DNA of 38,558 nucleotides from Paraspadella gotoi (lineage: Eukaryota; Animalia; Chaetognatha), in contig CM119268.1 of the NCBI GenBank assembly GCA_051294375.1, positions 20,028,781 to 20,067,338 on the forward strand, read 5' to 3'. This document shows positions 33,872 through 38,558 of this stretch, in pieces (within the stretch, counting starts at the first letter, position 1; the number at the start of each line of letters is the position of its first letter). Below the pieces are notes generated by a model. It did not search any database. It was given only the letters and a program-made list of their open reading frames with translations, and was not told where the DNA came from. A program made the translations under genes and the position numbers.

Positions 33872-35490
33872 TCAAAACATCCGATTTCGTTCACACAGTC
33901 TCTCCCACTTCTTCACTCTTTTTCACCTTCCCCCTTTTCTCTCTCACTCCTTCACACACACGCTTATCCTCCTCCACCTCCTCTTCCTCCTCCTGCGTCT
34001 GCCGCAGCGCTGCCACCGTCTCCTGCTCCTGCAGCGCTGCCAGCGTGGACTGCAGCACCATGGCACCATGGAACGCGCGATGGCACGCACGCGCTTCCTC
34101 CGCGGTCGGCGCTCGCTATGAGGCAACCGCCCCCCTCTTCCTCCTTGCTATCTATCTCTCTCTCTCTATCTCTCTCTCTCGCTCTCTCGCTCGCTCGCCA
34201 TCGTCATTCACGGTCCCCGTCTTTCACCGACAACAACGCTTCTCCGAAAGACTTCGAATTTCTGTGAAAAAAAAGTGGAAATACGATTGCAATGAATTAA
34301 TTCAATTCATTCTCTGGAAAAACTTTAAAAATTTATCGCGCGCACTTTGCTTTAAGAAAATTATCAATCTTTTCTAGCATTCTGTTAAGTAACCATACCC
34401 AAGGATATTCTTTTAAAAGGAAATAATATTATACTTGTATTTTCTAATCGTTTTTAAGTTCTAATTTTTTTTAATATTAAATAATTTTTCATTATAGTTA
34501 GTTTGACATATCTTTTAAAATAAAACCTGCGATCGTCCGAAGAAAATTCCATCGTCTTCTGCACGATACTCAAAATCCACTGTGCCGAATTCTATTGGTT
34601 TTGCTCGGAGCTCCGCTTCGTTCTCAGTGTTCACTGTGAGCCTTGGTGTTCTTTGCAACTCGTCATTCCGACTAAGGCACGCGGTGAATGCCATGAACGG
34701 GCTTTCACTCCACCAGATCAAAAGCTCCGAGTTTGTCGACGCTGACAACCACTACTATCTTTTCTTCAAACTCTTAAAAATGTAAGAATAATTTTCTCTC
34801 GCCAATGAAGACCGGAATTAAACACGAATTAGTACGTATTAAACTTTTAACAGGTTCCGGAGGTTGACTAGGTTTTCTGGTTCACGGTCTCATCAAATTA
34901 TTTATTTTTTTCCAAACCTTTCCCCCCACTTTTTTTTTAGTGGACATAACCGGATGAAGGCGACGGATGACGCCGATCCATGACGGTCACTAGAAAAAAC
35001 GGAACAACAACGACAAGGACGGTATTGACACCAGCGTCGTCGTCGTCGTCGTATTCGTTGTTTCGGAATCAGCAAGAGGAACGGAAAAGGGGAAGCGACG
35101 AAGGGGTAGCGGTTAAGGGGAAGCTAAGGGGGAACATCGGATGGGTAGCTAAGGGGAAGTTATGGGGCAGCGGCGAAGGGGAAGCTAAGGGAGAGCGGCG
35201 AATTGACTATTTTTTTTTCTTTTTTAGATTTAAAGAATAGATTATAGAATCTGGAGACGGGCGACCGAGAGAAATACTGACGGACCGACCGACCTCACAG
35301 ACAGACGAGGAGTTTGACGATTCCAACGTTTGGTTAGATCCGGCAGAAATGGCCGAGTTCGACCACGCGAGCGAAATCGAATTCCTCACGGTTAAGTCGG
35401 CAACAGAGAAAGAGCAGAGAGAGAGAGCAGACAGAGAGAGCGTCCTCAAAATAGATGATGCTTTGTGTGACGAAAGGAGTGAGATGGAGG

Positions 35491-35600
<110 letters not shown>

Positions 35601-36975
35601 TCTAAAGAGATGGCCAGTCGACGATCTCCCATTTCGCTCTCTCTATCTCTCTCTCTCTCTCTCTCTCGCCCTCCTCTCCCCCTCATGGACATCATCGCCA
35701 GTCTTCTTCTGAACTCCTTTCTCTCCTACCCATGTCTTTCTCAAATTCTCATAATCATTTTAATTTCCTTTTTCATTTATTCCATCTCTCTTATCTTTTC
35801 TTGCCCTTTCCTTCCCCATTTCCTTTTTCATTTATTCTCTTATCTTTTCTCGCCTTTTCCTTCCCCATTTCCACCTCGATTAGGTCAGAATTGATCCGCA
35901 ATTAAACGAATAAAACCGCTTAATTTTCTCAATAAATTGAAGAATTATCTATTAAACAATGAATTTTCACGTGAGAAGACCTAGTTATTCAATCGGATTG
36001 TTGCTTGGGTTGTAAAAGCCCTTTGTAGAAAAAGTGAAGATAAGCACTTACCAAGTCTCCTTGACACCGTCAACTTAAATTGTGTTTGTATTAATTAAAT
36101 ATATGCTTGATAAAGAATTTGAAATATTTCATTGGACTTTTCGTCAAATAGTGAGGAGTGACTGAAAAATTTAAGAAAATATCGACCAGTTAGTCACTTT
36201 TTTCAACGAAGAATTACATCGATCGAAATACAGAATCAAAACCAAAAAGTTAGAATAGTTCTAAAGAAAAGTTTTTAAAAATATATGATTTTTCTGATTT
36301 GTGTCTAATTTCTTCGCCATTGTGGCGAAATTGTTCAAACCGGGAGATCGAGGGATCCAACGGGAAATCCGCGTTGTGAGGAAAGGCGCGAGCGGCGCCT
36401 CCGACCCCGTCCGAGTTGGTAGCAACGCCTCGGCCCCGCACCGGTACGAAAGGCGGCGCCGATTCTCTTCGGGAGCGTTCCAGATTGACGCCGTTGGAAT
36501 TATCTTTCATCTTCGCCGTTTCGTCTCACGTTTTTTTTTATTTTGAAAAAAAAAAAATAGAAAAAATAGAAAAAATAGGTCAATTCAGGTCACCAGAGTT
36601 GCGTCGGGCAATCACCAATTGTGGCGACACTCAAATGATTATTTTTTTAGCAAAAATAAGAAGAGGTTTTCGCGATCAAATATTTACATCTAATGGTTCA
36701 AAAACCATGGCAAACATAAAAAGTGAAAATCATAACAAAGGAAAATATAACAATAATAAAAATCTTAAAAGTATAGTGATCTAACTAATTTTTGATGAAA
36801 TAGTAATTGATTGATGTAATAGTAATTGATTATTGATGCGATGATAACCAAATGATTTATGCGATAATAATCATTCATTGATCTGATGATAGTTATTAAT
36901 TGATGGGATGATAGTCATTCATTGAATCGATGAGTCATTCATCGTCAATAAAACAAACAAATGCAGTATGAGTGA

Positions 36976-37087
<112 letters not shown>

Positions 37088-37184
37088 AAGAAAAGGTCGA
37101 TGTGTCGTGAATTGTGAAGTTGAGACGGAAGGAGAGGAGGAGGAAGAAGAGGAGGAAGAGGATTCCTTTTTCTTTCTTTATAAG

Positions 37185-37507
37185 TGTATCGTTTAAGGAA
37201 AAACTCATGGATTTCCAGGTTGAAATAAACTCGATTTTATTATGAGTGAATAAATGTGACGGTGAGACGCACGCAGGAGTCTGAATCAATTCTACTGAAA
37301 CTAAGAGAGAACTAAAGCTATTTATAACAAAAGACAGGATCAGAGGCAAGAGTGATTTTGACAATTCCATCGTTTCTGCAAGCTGATTGGTCGGGTCCGG
37401 TTCCGTCTCCGTCAATCAGCGTTCAATGGCGGGGATCGCCCGATCCTCCGTTCCGTTTTGGATTTTGGCGAGATTGATCTCCTGCGATGTGACCCCCCCC
37501 CTCTCCT
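37185..37507 (-). mobile_element. Probable 3' LTR (37185-37491) with PPT (37493-37507)
   Basis: Minus strand order: AGGAGAGGGGGGGGG, CCAAT (37386-37390), TATAAATA (37319-37326), AATAAA (37236-37241), ending CGATACA. The 5' end reads CACATCG rather than TG, and no second copy lies in the window. Confidence 0.62.
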
Positions 37508-37566
37508 AAGAGCGCAGGAAGGGTCAGTTGACCGTGCGAGGTCTAGTTGAGATTTCTTGGGCTATG

Positions 37567-37710
37567 TCAAAAGACGGTTGCGAGGATTAACATCACGATG
37601 ACGACCAAGATGATGATCAAGAGGGGCACGAGGTTTGTGAAGTCAGGTAGCCAGTTCCAGTTTGGCATTTTTCCGAAGAGTTTCTTGATATTGGTGTTTT
37701 TCTTCTGGCC
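37567..37710 (-). pseudogene. env-like C-terminal fragment or small transmembrane ORF
   Basis: Stop-to-stop frame GQKKNTNIKKLFGKMPNWNWLPDFTNLVPLLIIILVVIVMLILATVF*: a Trp-containing segment then a ~21-residue hydrophobic helix, ending ~60 bp before the PPT. Confidence 0.5.
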
Positions 37711-38558
37711 TTACCCACTAGGTAAGGTGGAGTGAGGCTCGCTGCGGAGACTTCTTTTCTTCTGTCCTTACCCGCCAGGCAAGGCGGAGTAAGGCTCGCT
37801 GGATTTCTCGTGCTCATTTCTTGTAAGTCTGTGACAATCTTTTTGAATTGATCGCGAGAGTGAGTCTTTTTTGAATGAGCTACGAAAAATCAATTTCGAT
37901 GATTTCGCTGTTTGAAATATTTGCTCGGGCAAGGGTTTTTATCCTCGTTGGTCGGATCGGTAGTAAGGGTAAATTTTACCTTTTTTTTTCTTTCTCGTCT
38001 GAGATAGGTTGATTTTCGGATCCGCTACATGGGTGAATTCGTTCGACTCCAAGATTGGCTGGTGGGAAAAAAAAAACTTGTTCCGTTTTTGGCTTTTTCG
38101 CGATTCTTTTGTTTCTGTTTCGCGTCGTTTATTTTTTTTTTTTGAATCTGGCGGCTGATTGGGCTTTGTCATGATTCTTTTGTTTTCATTTGGCGTCGTT
38201 TCTTTTTTCTAAACTGATTTTTGTCTCGGCGTTCTATGTATTGATTAACGAAGAGAAAGATAGAAAGTTCCAGTGGCTAAATTATCAGTTTTATTTTTAT
38301 TTCAAGTGAGTGATTAGCTTGTTTGGTTGATTTAGTTAGTAGTATTTATTTATTTAGTAATTTTCGCAGATAGTTTGGGTTGAGGTTTATAGTCAGCTGA
38401 GTTGACTTTCATGTATCCTAGGCACTTTGTTTGTTTTGTTTTTTGTTTTGTTTTTTGTTTATTTACTACGGCTGTTTATGTCTTAAATTAGAGAATAATT
38501 TATTATGGCAATTTTTACTGCATTAACTCGTCAGTCGGCGTGGGATGAAGTTTTAATC

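Noticed and set aside
34670-34781. DEP-domain assignment for ...EFVDADNHYYLF
   Set aside because: Only the terminal F-x-D...YY-x-F pattern fits; the spacing is too short and the N-terminal helices are not evident.

Overview
AT-rich eukaryotic genomic DNA, probably from an invertebrate animal (inference from the repeat families; the organism cannot be determined). It is dominated by nested, mostly decayed mobile elements, and no intact host gene can be supported. Contents: (1) two CsRn1-like Ty3/Gypsy remnants of one family, a 3' end at 1-1380 and a 5' LTR-gag-deleted pol at 6692-9249; (2) a ~680-bp TRIM-like mini-LTR element with the same PBS and PPT style (2811-3487); (3) a young 5'-truncated Penelope-like element (PLE) with inverted pseudo-LTRs (pLTRs), a 15-bp target-site duplication (TSD) and hammerhead ribozymes (21571-23109), plus three solo pLTR/hammerhead relatives; (4) a DINE-1/Helentron-like (HINE) family with a head-to-tail junction and an adjoining palindromic 19-20-bp satellite that flips orientation (11931-13090); (5) a TA-flanked 5.2-kb TIR element, two MITE/foldback elements and a tRNA-derived SINE; (6) a minus-strand LTR preceded by a PPT and an env-like transmembrane peptide (37185-37710). 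Unexplained items are a CCAAT/CRE cluster (16409-16960), a 63-nt four-way-junction motif (29908-29970) and weak exon candidates near 33-36.5 kb. Most long ORFs in the track are microsatellite or antisense artefacts. All alignments and folds were done by eye.
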